A stretch of 64,000 bases of DNA from Oscillospiraceae bacterium. GTDB taxonomy: Bacteria; Bacillota; Clostridia; Oscillospirales; Acutalibacteraceae. Under the pieces are notes generated by a model. That model was not told where the DNA came from, ran no database searches, and saw only the letters and a program-made list of their open reading frames with translations. Within the stretch, counting starts at the first letter, position 1; each line of letters begins with the position of its first letter. The translations under genes were made by a program, and so were the position numbers. Below are positions 9,260 through 19,779 of the stretch, in pieces. The stretch is from NCBI GenBank assembly GCA_015066065.1, contig SVPB01000001.1:2216-66215 (forward strand), read 5' to 3'.

Positions 9260-9814
9260 ATGAATACGATTTTTGCTACTGCTGAAGAGAAGATGAACAA
9301 GAGCCTCAACAATCTGGTCTCCGAGTTTGCTTCCATCCGCGCCGGCCGAGCCAATCCCGGTGTGCTGGATAAGCTGTCGGTGGATTACTATGGCAGCCCC
9401 ACTCCCATCAATCAGGTGGCGGCGGTGTCGGTGCCGGATCCTCGCACCTTGATGATCGCTCCGTGGGACAAGAGCGTGCTCAAGGAGATCGAGAAGGCCA
9501 TTCTCACCTCCGACATCGGCATTAATCCCCAGAACGATGGCACCTCCCTGCGTCTGATTTTCCCCCCGATGACCGAGGAGCGCCGCAAGGAGCTGACCAA
9601 GGATATCGCTAAGATGGGCGAGGATTGTAAGGTGGCTATCCGGTCCATCCGCCGGGATGCCATCGACAAGATCAAGGACATGAAGAAGAAATCCGAGATC
9701 ACCGAGGACGATCAGAAGAACGGCGAAAAGAAAATGCAGGATCTGACCGACCGCTTCGCCAAGGAGGCCGACAAGCTGACCGAGGCCAAGCAGAAAGAGA
9801 TCATGGAGATCTGA
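9260..9814 (+). CDS. frr: Ribosome recycling factor
   Basis: ATG 9260 lies 7 nt after AAGGAG (9254 is an alternative). Full-length RRF pattern. Confidence 0.95.
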   Translation: MNTIFATAEEKMNKSLNNLVSEFASIRAGRANPGVLDKLSVDYYGSPTPINQVAAVSVPDPRTLMIAPWDKSVLKEIEKAILTSDIGINPQNDGTSLRLIFPPMTEERRKELTKDIAKMGEDCKVAIRSIRRDAIDKIKDMKKKSEITEDDQKNGEKKMQDLTDRFAKEADKLTEAKQKEIMEI

Positions 9815-9888
9815 GTGATTACCGCGCAGTAAGTCTTCGTCATCCCCCGGATGGCGAAGGCTTTTCGCGCTAAGAGAGGGCTGTAAAG

Positions 9889-10635
9889 ATGCTTTTCTTT
9901 AAGAAAAAGACAACCCCGGTACCGTTGGAAGAACGGTTGGTTCCGCAGAATCTGGGCATCATCATGGATGGCAACGGCCGCTGGGCGCGCAAGCGCGGCT
10001 TACCTCGGCAGGCAGGCCACGTGACCGGCGCCCAGACCTTTCGTAAGATCACCAAATATTGTGAACGGTGTGGCATCCGCTATCTGACGGTATACGCCTT
10101 TTCTACCGAAAACTGGAAACGCCCTCAGGAGGAAGTGGATGCGATCATGAACCTCCTGCATCAATATCTGCGAGAATCTCTGGCGGATTTCCAGAAGGAG
10201 AATATCCGGGTACGTTTTATCGGTGACAGAGCACCGCTGGCAGAGGATATTCGCCAGCTCATGGAGGAGGCGGAGGAGTCCACCGCCCACAAGGAGGGGA
10301 TGACCCTCAATATTGCCCTCAACTATGGGGGTCAGCAGGAGATCACCGCGGCTGCTCGCCGCTTGGCAGAGCGAGTACAAGCAGGGGAGATAACCCCTGC
10401 CGATGTTACCGAGGAGTCTTTACAGCAGGCGCTGTATACCGAGGATCAACCGCCGGTGGATCTGATTCTTCGTCCCAGCGGAGAGTATCGGCTGTCCAAC
10501 TTCCTCATTTGGCAGTCTGCTTATGCGGAGTTTGTGTTCATGGAGGATATTCTGTGGCCGGATTTTAAGGAAAGTGATCTGGAACGGGCATTTGCCGAGT
10601 TTGCTCGTCGTAATCGCCGTTTTGGCGGTGTATAA
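9889..10635 (+). CDS. uppS: Undecaprenyl diphosphate synthase
   Basis: IIMDGNGRWA, FSTENWKRP and RLSNFLIWQ motifs. Confidence 0.95.
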   Translation: MLFFKKKTTPVPLEERLVPQNLGIIMDGNGRWARKRGLPRQAGHVTGAQTFRKITKYCERCGIRYLTVYAFSTENWKRPQEEVDAIMNLLHQYLRESLADFQKENIRVRFIGDRAPLAEDIRQLMEEAEESTAHKEGMTLNIALNYGGQQEITAAARRLAERVQAGEITPADVTEESLQQALYTEDQPPVDLILRPSGEYRLSNFLIWQSAYAEFVFMEDILWPDFKESDLERAFAEFARRNRRFGGV

Positions 10636-10648
10636 AGGAAGTGTGTTT

Positions 10649-11515
10649 ATGAAAACGCGTATCATTTCGGGTCTGGTGGCAACAGTAATACTGTTTGCGG
10701 TGCTTCTGTGTCCATGGAGTTGGGTCTTTGCTCTGATATTGTCGGTCATTGCCGGCATCGCCGTGTATGAGCTTCTGCACAACACCGGCCGGGTGTCTGA
10801 CAAGGCGATCATCTACGGCAGTATGATGTTCACCACATTGGAGGTGCTGGCGGTATTCCATTCCCGGGAGCTCCTGCTGCACAGCTATTCGGTCAATCCT
10901 ACTTTGGCGCTGTGGCTTGCATTCTCCCATGCGCTGCCTTTACTGCTGCCGCTGGCATATGCTCTGTTCTTGATGCTGACCCTGTTGGCCGGCCATCAGC
11001 GTATGGATATCAACGAGGGTGGTTACGCCTTCTTTATGACCGCTTACGCTACGGTTGGTTTTTCAGCATTAGTGGCATTACGTGTCATTAACCATGCCGG
11101 TATTTATTACGTGCTGTTGCCGATGGTCATTTCCTTCATGAGTGACACCGGGGCCTACTTTGTGGGCACCTTCCTTGGTAAGCATAAGATGACCCCCATC
11201 ATCAGCCCCAAGAAAAGCTGGGAAGGCTTTTTTGGCGGATGGATCATTTCGGTGGGGGCGACAGCATTATATGCGGTGATCGCCAACGCCATTTTGATGC
11301 CGGAAGCCTCGGTTAGTCTGGTGCAGTTTACCATAATGGCGGCGGTACTGGCGCCGCTGTCGGTATGCGGTGACCTGTTCGCTTCGGTCATCAAGCGTCA
11401 GAGTGGCATCAAGGACTATGGCAACATCATGCCTGGACATGGCGGCGTTATGGACCGCTTTGACAGCGTGGTCTTTGTGGCTCCTCTGGTATACGTGCTC
11501 TGCATCACTCTGTAA
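10649..11515 (+). CDS. cdsA: Phosphatidate cytidylyltransferase
   Basis: Polytopic membrane protein with the signature SVIKRQSGIKDYGNIMPGHGGVMDRFDS. Start ATG 10649 (MKTRIISG). Confidence 0.92.
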   Translation: MKTRIISGLVATVILFAVLLCPWSWVFALILSVIAGIAVYELLHNTGRVSDKAIIYGSMMFTTLEVLAVFHSRELLLHSYSVNPTLALWLAFSHALPLLLPLAYALFLMLTLLAGHQRMDINEGGYAFFMTAYATVGFSALVALRVINHAGIYYVLLPMVISFMSDTGAYFVGTFLGKHKMTPIISPKKSWEGFFGGWIISVGATALYAVIANAILMPEASVSLVQFTIMAAVLAPLSVCGDLFASVIKRQSGIKDYGNIMPGHGGVMDRFDSVVFVAPLVYVLCITL

Positions 11516-11536
11516 TAACAAGAAGGAGAAACCGTT

Positions 11537-12712
11537 ATGTGTGACCGTACCCGTATTCATAAGTCGTTGGTGATCCTTGGTTCCACCGGCTCCATCGGCA
11601 CCCAGGCGCTGGAGGTGGCTGAGGCGGCCGGCTACCGTATTCTCGGTCTGGCGGCCGCGCGCAACGTGGATCTGCTGGAACAGCAGGTGCGCCACTATCA
11701 TCCGGAAGTGGCGGTCATGTATGACGAACAGGCGGCCGAAGAGCTCAAGCGGCGGCTGGCCGGTCTGCCGGTATTGGTACTGGGTGGTATGCAGGGGCTG
11801 TGCGATCTGGCCGGCTGGCATGACGCCGACATGGTGCTCAATGCGGTGGTAGGTATGGTGGGCCTGCGCCCCACCTTGGCTGCCATTGCTGCCGGTAAGG
11901 ACGTAGCATTGGCCAATAAAGAGACATTGGTAGCCGGCGGTGCCTTTGTGATGGAGGCGGTAGCCAAAGCCGGAGTACGGTTGCTTCCGGTGGACAGTGA
12001 GCATAGCGCTATCTTCCAATGTCTTCAGGGACAGCCACCGGTGGAGCGAGCGCTTAAGCGTCTTATTCTCACCGCCTCCGGCGGTCCTTTCTTTGGACGT
12101 TCCAGAGAGGAATTGGAGCAGGTAACATTGGCGGATGCCCTTAAACATCCCAACTGGAGCATGGGCCAGAAGATTACCATCGATTCCGCCACCATGATGA
12201 ACAAAGGGCTGGAGCTCATTGAGGCACGCTGGCTGTTTGATATGCCGCCGGAAAAGATCGACATCGTGGTGCATCGGGAGAGCATTGTTCACTCGTTAAT
12301 TGAATATGATGATAACGCTGTATTGGCACAGCTGGGTTTGCCGGATATGCGGGTACCCATACAATATGCATTGACCTATCCGGATCGAATGTCCTGTCCC
12401 GTGGGCCAGCTTCGTCTGGAGGATTGGCAAAAGCTGACCTTCTATGCTCCGGACAACGAAGCGTTCCCGGCTATGGATCTGGCGCGTCAAGCGCTGACCA
12501 TGGGCGGCCTTTACCCGGCGGCTCTCAACGCCGCCAACGAAGTAGCGGTAGGCGCTTTTATCGATGGCAAGATCGGCTTCCTGGATATTACCCGACTGGC
12601 GGCGGCGGCGCTGACATATGATCTGCCCGATCCGCAGACGGTGGATGATGTGTTTGAGACGGATACCTGGATACGGGAAAAAACCCGTCAGGCGATTCAC
12701 GACATGAAATGA
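11537..12712 (+). CDS. dxr: 1-deoxy-D-xylulose-5-phosphate reductoisomerase
   Basis: LGSTGSIG NADPH motif, LANKE and DSEHSA motifs. Confidence 0.96.
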   Translation: MCDRTRIHKSLVILGSTGSIGTQALEVAEAAGYRILGLAAARNVDLLEQQVRHYHPEVAVMYDEQAAEELKRRLAGLPVLVLGGMQGLCDLAGWHDADMVLNAVVGMVGLRPTLAAIAAGKDVALANKETLVAGGAFVMEAVAKAGVRLLPVDSEHSAIFQCLQGQPPVERALKRLILTASGGPFFGRSREELEQVTLADALKHPNWSMGQKITIDSATMMNKGLELIEARWLFDMPPEKIDIVVHRESIVHSLIEYDDNAVLAQLGLPDMRVPIQYALTYPDRMSCPVGQLRLEDWQKLTFYAPDNEAFPAMDLARQALTMGGLYPAALNAANEVAVGAFIDGKIGFLDITRLAAAALTYDLPDPQTVDDVFETDTWIREKTRQAIHDMK

Positions 12713-12737
12713 GGGTTGACCTATCGGTATTTTACTG

Positions 12738-13868
12738 ATGATTCTCAAGATATTGGCCGCCTTGGTGGCGTTGGGAATAATCATCACGCTTCATGAATTC
12801 GGTCATTTTCTGGCAGCCCGTGCCATGGGTGTGCGGGTCAATGAGTTTGCTATCGGCATGGGCCCCAAGCTGTTCAAATTTGGTAAAGGGGAGACGCTTT
12901 ACACCATCCGCGCCCTTCCCATTGGCGGCTTTTGTGCTATGGAAGGGGAGGACGAGGGAGCTGAGACCCCCTCTGCGGTAGGCGGCAATGGCGGCCGCAC
13001 CTTGCCGCCTGATCCCACCCGTTCCTTTGCCAACAAAAAAGTCTGGCGTCGTGTCATCATCGTAGCGGCCGGCGCTGTCATGAATCTGCTGCTGGGATAT
13101 CTTCTGTTGCTGGGATATTATGGCTTTCTGCAGCAACCCCACGGAGACAGCGGCAAGGTGCTGTTTGCTACTACGACCATTGCCCAGTTGGATGAGACCA
13201 CTCCTGCCTATCAGAGTGGTTTGCGCCCCGGCGATACGATCCGTTCGGTTAACGGCCGCCGTGTGTTTATGAACGGCGACTTGGCCATGGAGATGGAAAA
13301 TGATCCGGATGGTGTTCTGCAGATGGTGGTGGAACGTCCTACCGCCGAGGGGACCCGTGACGTCACTCTTGATGCGGTGAAGTTTGACCAAAAGACCGAT
13401 CCGGAGACCGGCCGTCGGTATCTGGTGTACGATTTTGTCGTTTTAGGAGTGGAGCGCACCTTCGGCAACACCTTTGTGCAGGCGGCCAAGCAGGAGATAT
13501 CGGTGGCTACCATCGTATGGCGCAGTTTGGTGGACATGGTGCGTGGTCGCTACGGCCTTAATGATCTGTCCGGCCCGGTGGGTACGGTGGATATCATTGC
13601 GGATGCTGTGGGAAGCGCCAATACGATGGAAGGCCTGCAGACGTTGGTGATGCTGATGGTGATGATCACCGTGAATTTGGGCGTGTTTAACCTGCTGCCG
13701 TTACCGGCATTGGACGGCGGCCGACTGGTGTTTTTGCTGTGGGAGGGTATCACCCGCAAACGGATTCCTCCCAAGTACGAAGGCTTAGTGCATCTGGTGG
13801 GGATTTTACTCCTCCTTCTTTTGATGCTGGTGGTCACCTATAGCGATATCTCTAAATTTTTTGCTTAG
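12738..13868 (+). CDS. rseP: RIP (site-2) zinc metalloprotease RseP/RasP
   Basis: HEFGH motif in TM1, PDZ-like middle domain, NLLPLPALDGG motif. Confidence 0.93.
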   Translation: MILKILAALVALGIIITLHEFGHFLAARAMGVRVNEFAIGMGPKLFKFGKGETLYTIRALPIGGFCAMEGEDEGAETPSAVGGNGGRTLPPDPTRSFANKKVWRRVIIVAAGAVMNLLLGYLLLLGYYGFLQQPHGDSGKVLFATTTIAQLDETTPAYQSGLRPGDTIRSVNGRRVFMNGDLAMEMENDPDGVLQMVVERPTAEGTRDVTLDAVKFDQKTDPETGRRYLVYDFVVLGVERTFGNTFVQAAKQEISVATIVWRSLVDMVRGRYGLNDLSGPVGTVDIIADAVGSANTMEGLQTLVMLMVMITVNLGVFNLLPLPALDGGRLVFLLWEGITRKRIPPKYEGLVHLVGILLLLLLMLVVTYSDISKFFA

Positions 13869-13883
13869 TAAGGAGTGAATACG

Positions 13884-14933
13884 GTGCAGCGACGGACGAG
13901 CAAGAGGATTATGGTGGGCGGTGTGGCCATGGGCGGCGATGCCCCTATCACGGTCCAGTCCATGCTTAACGTACCGGCCAGCGACATTGCCGGAAGTGTG
14001 GCTCAGGCTAAACGCCTGCAGGCCTGCGGCTGTGATATCATCCGTGCCGCTGTGCCGGACATGGAATCGGTGGCACTGATTGCCGCCCTTAAGCAGGCGG
14101 TGGATGTTCCCATTGTGGCAGATATTCACTTTGATTATAAGCTGGCGCTGGAAGCGGCCGCCGCCGGTGTGGATAAGATCCGCATCAACCCCGGCAATAT
14201 TGGGGATGAAAGCCGCGTAAAAGCGGTGGCTGACGCTTGCCGCCAGCGAGGGATTCCTATCCGCATCGGGGTCAATTCCGGCTCCTTGGAAAAAGAGATT
14301 CTGCACAAGTATGGGCATCCTACTCCGGAAGCCATGCGTGACAGCGCTCTGTACCACGCCTCGTTGCTTGAGAAATACGACTTTAACGACATCGTGCTCT
14401 CTATTAAATCCTCCGACGTGGAGACCATGGTCAACGCTTACCGGCTGACGGCGGAAGCCTGTGCGTACCCTCTACATTTGGGGGTAACTGAGGCAGGGAC
14501 TGAGCGTATGGGGGTACTTAAGTCGGCGGTGGGTATCGGCACCCTGCTGATGCTGGGTATCGGCGACACGATCCGAGTATCTTTGACGGCAGCACCCGAA
14601 AAGGAAGTGACAGCCGGTATCGACCTTTTGCGTGCCGCCGGTCATCGGACGGGAGAGCCTCGTCTGGTGTCTTGTCCCACGTGTGGCCGTACGGCTATCG
14701 ATCTGATCGGCATTGCCGGACAGGTTGAGGAACGTCTGCAGCAGGTACACAAGCCGATCACCGTGGCGGTAATGGGCTGTATCGTCAATGGCCCGGGGGA
14801 GGCCCGGGAGGCGGATATCGGCATCGCCGGCGGTAAAGGCCGTGCGGTAATATTCCGCAAAGGGGAAGTTTTGTGTACTGTTGACGAACGGGATGCCGTG
14901 GAGACTCTGATGCGAGAGATCGAAAAACTATAG
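13884..14933 (+). CDS. ispG: 4-hydroxy-3-methylbut-2-enyl diphosphate synthase
   Basis: GcpE family. GTG 13884 lies 8 nt after AAGGAG (the listed 13875 overlaps the RBS). CPTCGR cluster ligands present. Confidence 0.94.
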   Translation: MQRRTSKRIMVGGVAMGGDAPITVQSMLNVPASDIAGSVAQAKRLQACGCDIIRAAVPDMESVALIAALKQAVDVPIVADIHFDYKLALEAAAAGVDKIRINPGNIGDESRVKAVADACRQRGIPIRIGVNSGSLEKEILHKYGHPTPEAMRDSALYHASLLEKYDFNDIVLSIKSSDVETMVNAYRLTAEACAYPLHLGVTEAGTERMGVLKSAVGIGTLLMLGIGDTIRVSLTAAPEKEVTAGIDLLRAAGHRTGEPRLVSCPTCGRTAIDLIGIAGQVEERLQQVHKPITVAVMGCIVNGPGEAREADIGIAGGKGRAVIFRKGEVLCTVDERDAVETLMREIEKL

Positions 14934-14944
14934 GATGGATTTGT

Positions 14945-17900
14945 ATGAACCAACAACTGTTCGGGGCACTTTTTGGCGAATATCTGCCGCAGGAAGGCCC
15001 TTGGAAACAACTGTATAACGCCACCGTTTGCGGTATTGATATGCGGCATGCGTCTCGCTGTATGATGGTATCGGTGCGCGCAGAGGCCCCCATGGAGGCG
15101 GAAGATCTGTTTACGGCAGAACAAGCCATGGCAAGGGCTTTTGGCCTGCAGTCGGTTACCTTGCGTCCGCAGTACCCGTCGGCATGCTTTGATGTGTCGG
15201 TGTTACCGTCTGTAGTACAGCACCTCAAGCGCCGTAACGTGGCTGTCAACGGTACCTTCGATGATGCTGTTTTTACGCTGAACGAGGAGAAACTCTTGGT
15301 GGAGTTTCCTCACGGCGGTCTCAATATTTTGCGTGCTACTCAGGCGGATAAAGCCTTGCAGGAGCTGATCTTTGAGCAGTTTGGCCTTCATCTGGAGCTG
15401 GAGTTTGTGGGAGAGGAATTGCCACAAGAGGACGATCATTATCGGCAGATGATGGAGCAGGCTGAACGGGAAGCGGCTGAACGTGCGGCCCAGCAGGCGG
15501 CTCGTCTGGCGGCCGAAGCGGCGGCGGCACCCAAGCCGGCAGAGGGCGGAGAACCGGCACGACCGGGCAAACCGTCGGATCCCACGCGTCCGCCGGCGGA
15601 CGGCCTGCCGGTGTATCTGGAAACAGCACAGCCGGTGCTGGGCGCTCCCATCAAGGATCGGCCTACCCCTATCAAGGACCTGGAGGCTGACGGTTCCATG
15701 GTTACCGTTTGGGGTCAGATCTTCAAGATTGATGCCGGAGAGAACCGGGACGGCACCAAAAGCCGCCTTACCCTTCTTATCACCGATCTGACCAGCTCGG
15801 TGGCGTTGAGCCTTTGGCTGGATAAGAAGAAGGATTCCCAAACCATTACGGCGGTGGAAGGCCTCAAGATGGGGGATAATGTGGTCGTTAGCGGCCGTTA
15901 CGACTATAATGAGTTTGCTAAGGCCAACCAGATTAAGCCTCGATCCATTTCCATTGTGAGCCGGTATCAGCGGCAGGATCTGGCGCAGGACAAGCGTGTG
16001 GAATTACATATGCACACCAAGATGTCGTCCATGGACGGCGTATCCGAAGCCAAAGATCTGGTCAAACGTGCGGCCGCCTTTGGTCATAAAGCGGTCGCCA
16101 TCACCGACCACGGTGTGGTGCAGGCTTTTCCGGATATCATGAATATGGCAGAGGAGCTGGCCGGTAAGGGGAAGGATATCAAGATCCTCTACGGCATGGA
16201 GGCTTATTATGTCAATGACATGGTTTCGGTGGTCAACGGAGCCGATGATAGCCCCCTGGACGGCGAGTTTATCGTGTTTGATATTGAAACCACCGGCCTT
16301 AGCGCCGCCACCGAACGGATGACCGAGATCGGTGCGGTACGCATGATTGGCGGCGAGGTCAAGGACAGCTTTAATATTTTTGTCAACCCCGGCAAGCCCA
16401 TTCCCTCCAAGATCGTGGAGCTGACCGGTATCACCGATGCTATGGTAGCTGACGCTCCTGACGAAGGAGAAGCTCTGCGGCAGTTCTATGCATTCTGCGG
16501 TGACTGCCGGGTGCTGGTGGCACATAACGCCCCCTTTGATACGGGATTTATCAAGGCGGCCGCCAAGCGTGCCGGTATGCCCTATGAGTTTACTGCGGTG
16601 GATACCGTGCCGGTGTGCCGTACCCTTTATCCGGGACACAAGAACTATAAGCTGGACACCGTGGCAGAGTTTCTGAAATTACCGCCCTTCAATCATCACC
16701 GCGCCTGCGATGATGCCAAGATTCTGGCAGACATCTTTACCCATTGCATTAAGGATATGCAGGATAAGCAGATTGCTACGCTTCAGCAGATCAACACCAG
16801 CGTGACTGGCGTGGATCCCAAGAAGGCCAAGTATTATCACATGATCCTTATCGCACGCAACCTCACTGGTCTTAAGAACTTGTATAAGCTGGTGACTTAT
16901 TCCAACGTGGAGTGCTTCGCTCGTAAGCCGCGCATCACACGTTCTAAGCTCAACCAGCACCGGGAAGGTCTGCTGGTGGGCAGTGCTTGTGAGGCCGGCG
17001 ACCTGTATCAGGCAATCCTGGAAGGCAAGCCATGGGGTGAACTGTGCGACATGGCTTCCTTCTATGACTTTCTGGAGATTCAGCCCTTGGGGAATAACGC
17101 TTTTATGCTGCGTCCCAGCAAGGGTAAGGGGGGAGAGATGATCCCTCCGGTATGCAAGAGTGAGCAAGAGCTCATCGAGCATAACAAGACCATCTGCCGT
17201 CTGGGCGAAAAACTGGGTATCCCGGTGTGTGCCACCTGTGACGTCCACTTTATGGATCCGGAGGATGAGGTGTACCGCCGCATCTTGATGGCCGGTTCCG
17301 GTTTTGACGATGCGGACCAGCAGGCACCTTTGTTCTTCCGTACCACCGATGAGATGCTCGGCGAGTTTGCTTATCTGGGCAAGGAAAAAGCCCGTGAGGT
17401 GGTTATTACCAATCCCAACTATATTGCCGATTGCGTGGAACGGTTTCGTCCCATTCCGCTGGGTACCTTCCCACCGCATATGGATGGTGCGGATGAGGAC
17501 CTTCAGCGCATCTGTTGGGACAAAGCCCGGGAGATCTACGGTGATCCCATGCCGGAGCTGGTGTCGGCCCGTCTGGAAAAGGAGCTTTCCTCCATTATCA
17601 AGCACGGCTTTGCGGTGCTCTACATGATCGCCCAGAAGCTGGTGGCCAACTCGGTAGAAAACGGCTATTTGGTTGGCTCCCGTGGTTCGGTCGGTTCCTC
17701 TTTTGTTGCCCATATGGCCGGTATTTCGGAGGTTAACCCCTTGGCACCGCACTATGTGTGCCGTAATCCTGCGTGCAAGCACACCGAGTTCTTTACCCAC
17801 GGTGAAGTGGGCTCCGGCTTTGATCTGCCGCCCAAGGCGTGCCCTCAGTGCGGTGAGCCTCTTGGTCGTGATGGACATGAGATCCCCTTTGAGACATTCT

Positions 17901-19357
17901 TGGGATTTGATGGTGATAAATCCCCTGATATTGATCTTAACTTTGCCAGCGAATACCAGAACCGCGCTCACCGGTATACCGAGACGCTGTTTGGCTTGGA
18001 CCACGTGTTCAAGGCCGGTACCATCGGTACGATTGCCGACAAGACCGCCTACGGTTACGTGCGCAAGTACGCCGAGGAACGAGAGATGATTCTGCCACCG
18101 GCGGAGATCGACCGATTGACCTTGGGCTGTACCGGTGTCAAGCGCACCACCGGCCAGCATCCCGGTGGCATGGTGGTCGTGCCGGATGACTACGAAGCGG
18201 AGGATTTTTGCCCCATTCAGCACCCGGCGGAAAAGGTGGAATCCGGCATTCTGACCACCCACTTTGATTTCCATTCTATCCACGATACCATCCTTAAGCT
18301 GGATAATCTGGGTCACGTTATTCCTACCATCTGTAAGTATTTGGAGGAATACACCCACACCTCCATTAAGGATGTGGATATGTCTGATCCGGCGGTGTAC
18401 AGCCTGTTTACCTCTCCGGAAGCCTTAGGCTTGACGGTGGAACAGCTGGGATGTGAGACGGGCACGCTGTCCATTCCGGAGATGGGTACCGGTTTTACCC
18501 GGCAGATGCTGTTGGATTGTAAGCCCAAGACCTTTGCGGATCTGTTGCAGATTTCCGGTCTGTCCCATGGCACCGATGTATGGCTTGGTAACGCGCAGGA
18601 CCTCATCCGTGCCGGCACCTGTACCATTTCTTCGGTGATCGGTACACGTGACAGCATCATGGTGGAGCTGATGCACAAGGGCCTGCCGCCCAAGATGGCC
18701 TTTAAGATCATGGAGATCGTTCGTAAGGGCAAGGCAACCAAGCTGTTGACGGAGGAGCATCTGACCGCTATGCGTGAGCACGACGTGCCGGAATGGTACA
18801 TTGACTCCTGCATGAAGATCAAGTATATGTTCCCCAAAGCGCATGCGGCGGCGTATATCATCGCCGCTTTGCGTGTGGCTTGGTATAAGGTGCATTATCC
18901 AGCAGAATATTATGCGGCTTTCTTTACCGGTCGTGGTGGTGACTTTGATGCGGCTACGGTGCAGGCAGGCATCGATCGGGTGAAGGAGGTCATGGATGAC
19001 ATCCGTGCTCGCGGTAAGGAGGCCAGCCAAAAGGAACAGGATACAGCGGAAATCCTGCACGTCATCTTTGAAGCGATGCTGCGTGGCGTGGAATTCTTGC
19101 CGGTGGATCTGTATAAGTCCCACTCCTATAAGTTCATTATGGAGGACGGCAAGATTCGCTTGCCCTTTACCGCTATTGCCGGTCTGGGTGAGGCAGCGGC
19201 AGAGAGTATGTACAAAGCGGCGGATCCTAAGGATCCGTATATCTCCTGCGATGACCTGCAGAGTCGTACCGGCATCACCAAGGCGGTGCTGCAGTCTCTG
19301 CAGGAACTGGGCGTGGTAGCCGGCCTGCCGGAAACCAGCCAGATGACCTTCTTCTAA
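14945..19357 (+). CDS. polC: DNA polymerase III PolC (Gram-positive type)
   Basis: 1470 aa. PHP domain (HMHTKMSSMDG), DEDDh exonuclease (FIVFDIETTGL, HNAPFD), zinc finger and pol III alpha core. Confidence 0.98.
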   Translation: MNQQLFGALFGEYLPQEGPWKQLYNATVCGIDMRHASRCMMVSVRAEAPMEAEDLFTAEQAMARAFGLQSVTLRPQYPSACFDVSVLPSVVQHLKRRNVAVNGTFDDAVFTLNEEKLLVEFPHGGLNILRATQADKALQELIFEQFGLHLELEFVGEELPQEDDHYRQMMEQAEREAAERAAQQAARLAAEAAAAPKPAEGGEPARPGKPSDPTRPPADGLPVYLETAQPVLGAPIKDRPTPIKDLEADGSMVTVWGQIFKIDAGENRDGTKSRLTLLITDLTSSVALSLWLDKKKDSQTITAVEGLKMGDNVVVSGRYDYNEFAKANQIKPRSISIVSRYQRQDLAQDKRVELHMHTKMSSMDGVSEAKDLVKRAAAFGHKAVAITDHGVVQAFPDIMNMAEELAGKGKDIKILYGMEAYYVNDMVSVVNGADDSPLDGEFIVFDIETTGLSAATERMTEIGAVRMIGGEVKDSFNIFVNPGKPIPSKIVELTGITDAMVADAPDEGEALRQFYAFCGDCRVLVAHNAPFDTGFIKAAAKRAGMPYEFTAVDTVPVCRTLYPGHKNYKLDTVAEFLKLPPFNHHRACDDAKILADIFTHCIKDMQDKQIATLQQINTSVTGVDPKKAKYYHMILIARNLTGLKNLYKLVTYSNVECFARKPRITRSKLNQHREGLLVGSACEAGDLYQAILEGKPWGELCDMASFYDFLEIQPLGNNAFMLRPSKGKGGEMIPPVCKSEQELIEHNKTICRLGEKLGIPVCATCDVHFMDPEDEVYRRILMAGSGFDDADQQAPLFFRTTDEMLGEFAYLGKEKAREVVITNPNYIADCVERFRPIPLGTFPPHMDGADEDLQRICWDKAREIYGDPMPELVSARLEKELSSIIKHGFAVLYMIAQKLVANSVENGYLVGSRGSVGSSFVAHMAGISEVNPLAPHYVCRNPACKHTEFFTHGEVGSGFDLPPKACPQCGEPLGRDGHEIPFETFLGFDGDKSPDIDLNFASEYQNRAHRYTETLFGLDHVFKAGTIGTIADKTAYGYVRKYAEEREMILPPAEIDRLTLGCTGVKRTTGQHPGGMVVVPDDYEAEDFCPIQHPAEKVESGILTTHFDFHSIHDTILKLDNLGHVIPTICKYLEEYTHTSIKDVDMSDPAVYSLFTSPEALGLTVEQLGCETGTLSIPEMGTGFTRQMLLDCKPKTFADLLQISGLSHGTDVWLGNAQDLIRAGTCTISSVIGTRDSIMVELMHKGLPPKMAFKIMEIVRKGKATKLLTEEHLTAMREHDVPEWYIDSCMKIKYMFPKAHAAAYIIAALRVAWYKVHYPAEYYAAFFTGRGGDFDAATVQAGIDRVKEVMDDIRARGKEASQKEQDTAEILHVIFEAMLRGVEFLPVDLYKSHSYKFIMEDGKIRLPFTAIAGLGEAAAESMYKAADPKDPYISCDDLQSRTGITKAVLQSLQELGVVAGLPETSQMTFF

Positions 19358-19370
19358 ACATCTTCAAAGG

Positions 19371-19401
19371 ATAAGGGACACACCGGCGGTGTGTCCCTTA
19401 T
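19371..19401 (+). terminator. Hairpin terminator after polC
   Basis: ATAAGGGACACACC / GGTGTGTCCCTTAT 14-bp stem with a weak T tract. Confidence 0.6.
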
Positions 19402-19534
19402 CTATTGGTGATAACGAGGGCTTGCATCCCCATTAGCATACCATCGATAAAGATGGGAATACCGAATATACTGCAAATTGCGGTAAAACGACACACAACT
19501 GTCGCTGTTCAGTATACTTGGTATGGTGAGAGGA

Positions 19535-19738
19535 ATGCTATATAAAAGGATACGCGATCTGCGGGAAGACAAGGATATGACACAAAAGGAAATGGTGGCG
19601 CTTCTGCATTGTTCTCAGCAAGTGTACAGCAATTATGAGCTGGGACAGCGAGACCTGCCCACCGAACAGCTGATTCGATTAGCACGGTATCATTGCGTTT
19701 CGGTAGATTACATTCTGGGCCTGACCGACAAAAAATAA
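19535..19738 (+). CDS. XRE-family HTH transcriptional regulator (67 aa)
   Basis: MLYKRIRDLREDKDMTQKEMVALL...SNYELGQRDLP fits the HTH_3 pattern. ATG follows GAGAGG. Confidence 0.8.
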   Translation: MLYKRIRDLREDKDMTQKEMVALLHCSQQVYSNYELGQRDLPTEQLIRLARYHCVSVDYILGLTDKK

Positions 19739-19768
19739 GCCGGGGAGTTCTAGCGAACTCTCCGGCTT
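19737..19768. terminator. Bidirectional terminator between the XRE gene and galE
   Basis: AAGCCGGGGAGTTC / GAACTCTCCGGCTT stem (one G-T pair) between convergent genes. Confidence 0.65.
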
Positions 19769-19779
19769 GCTTGTCTTGA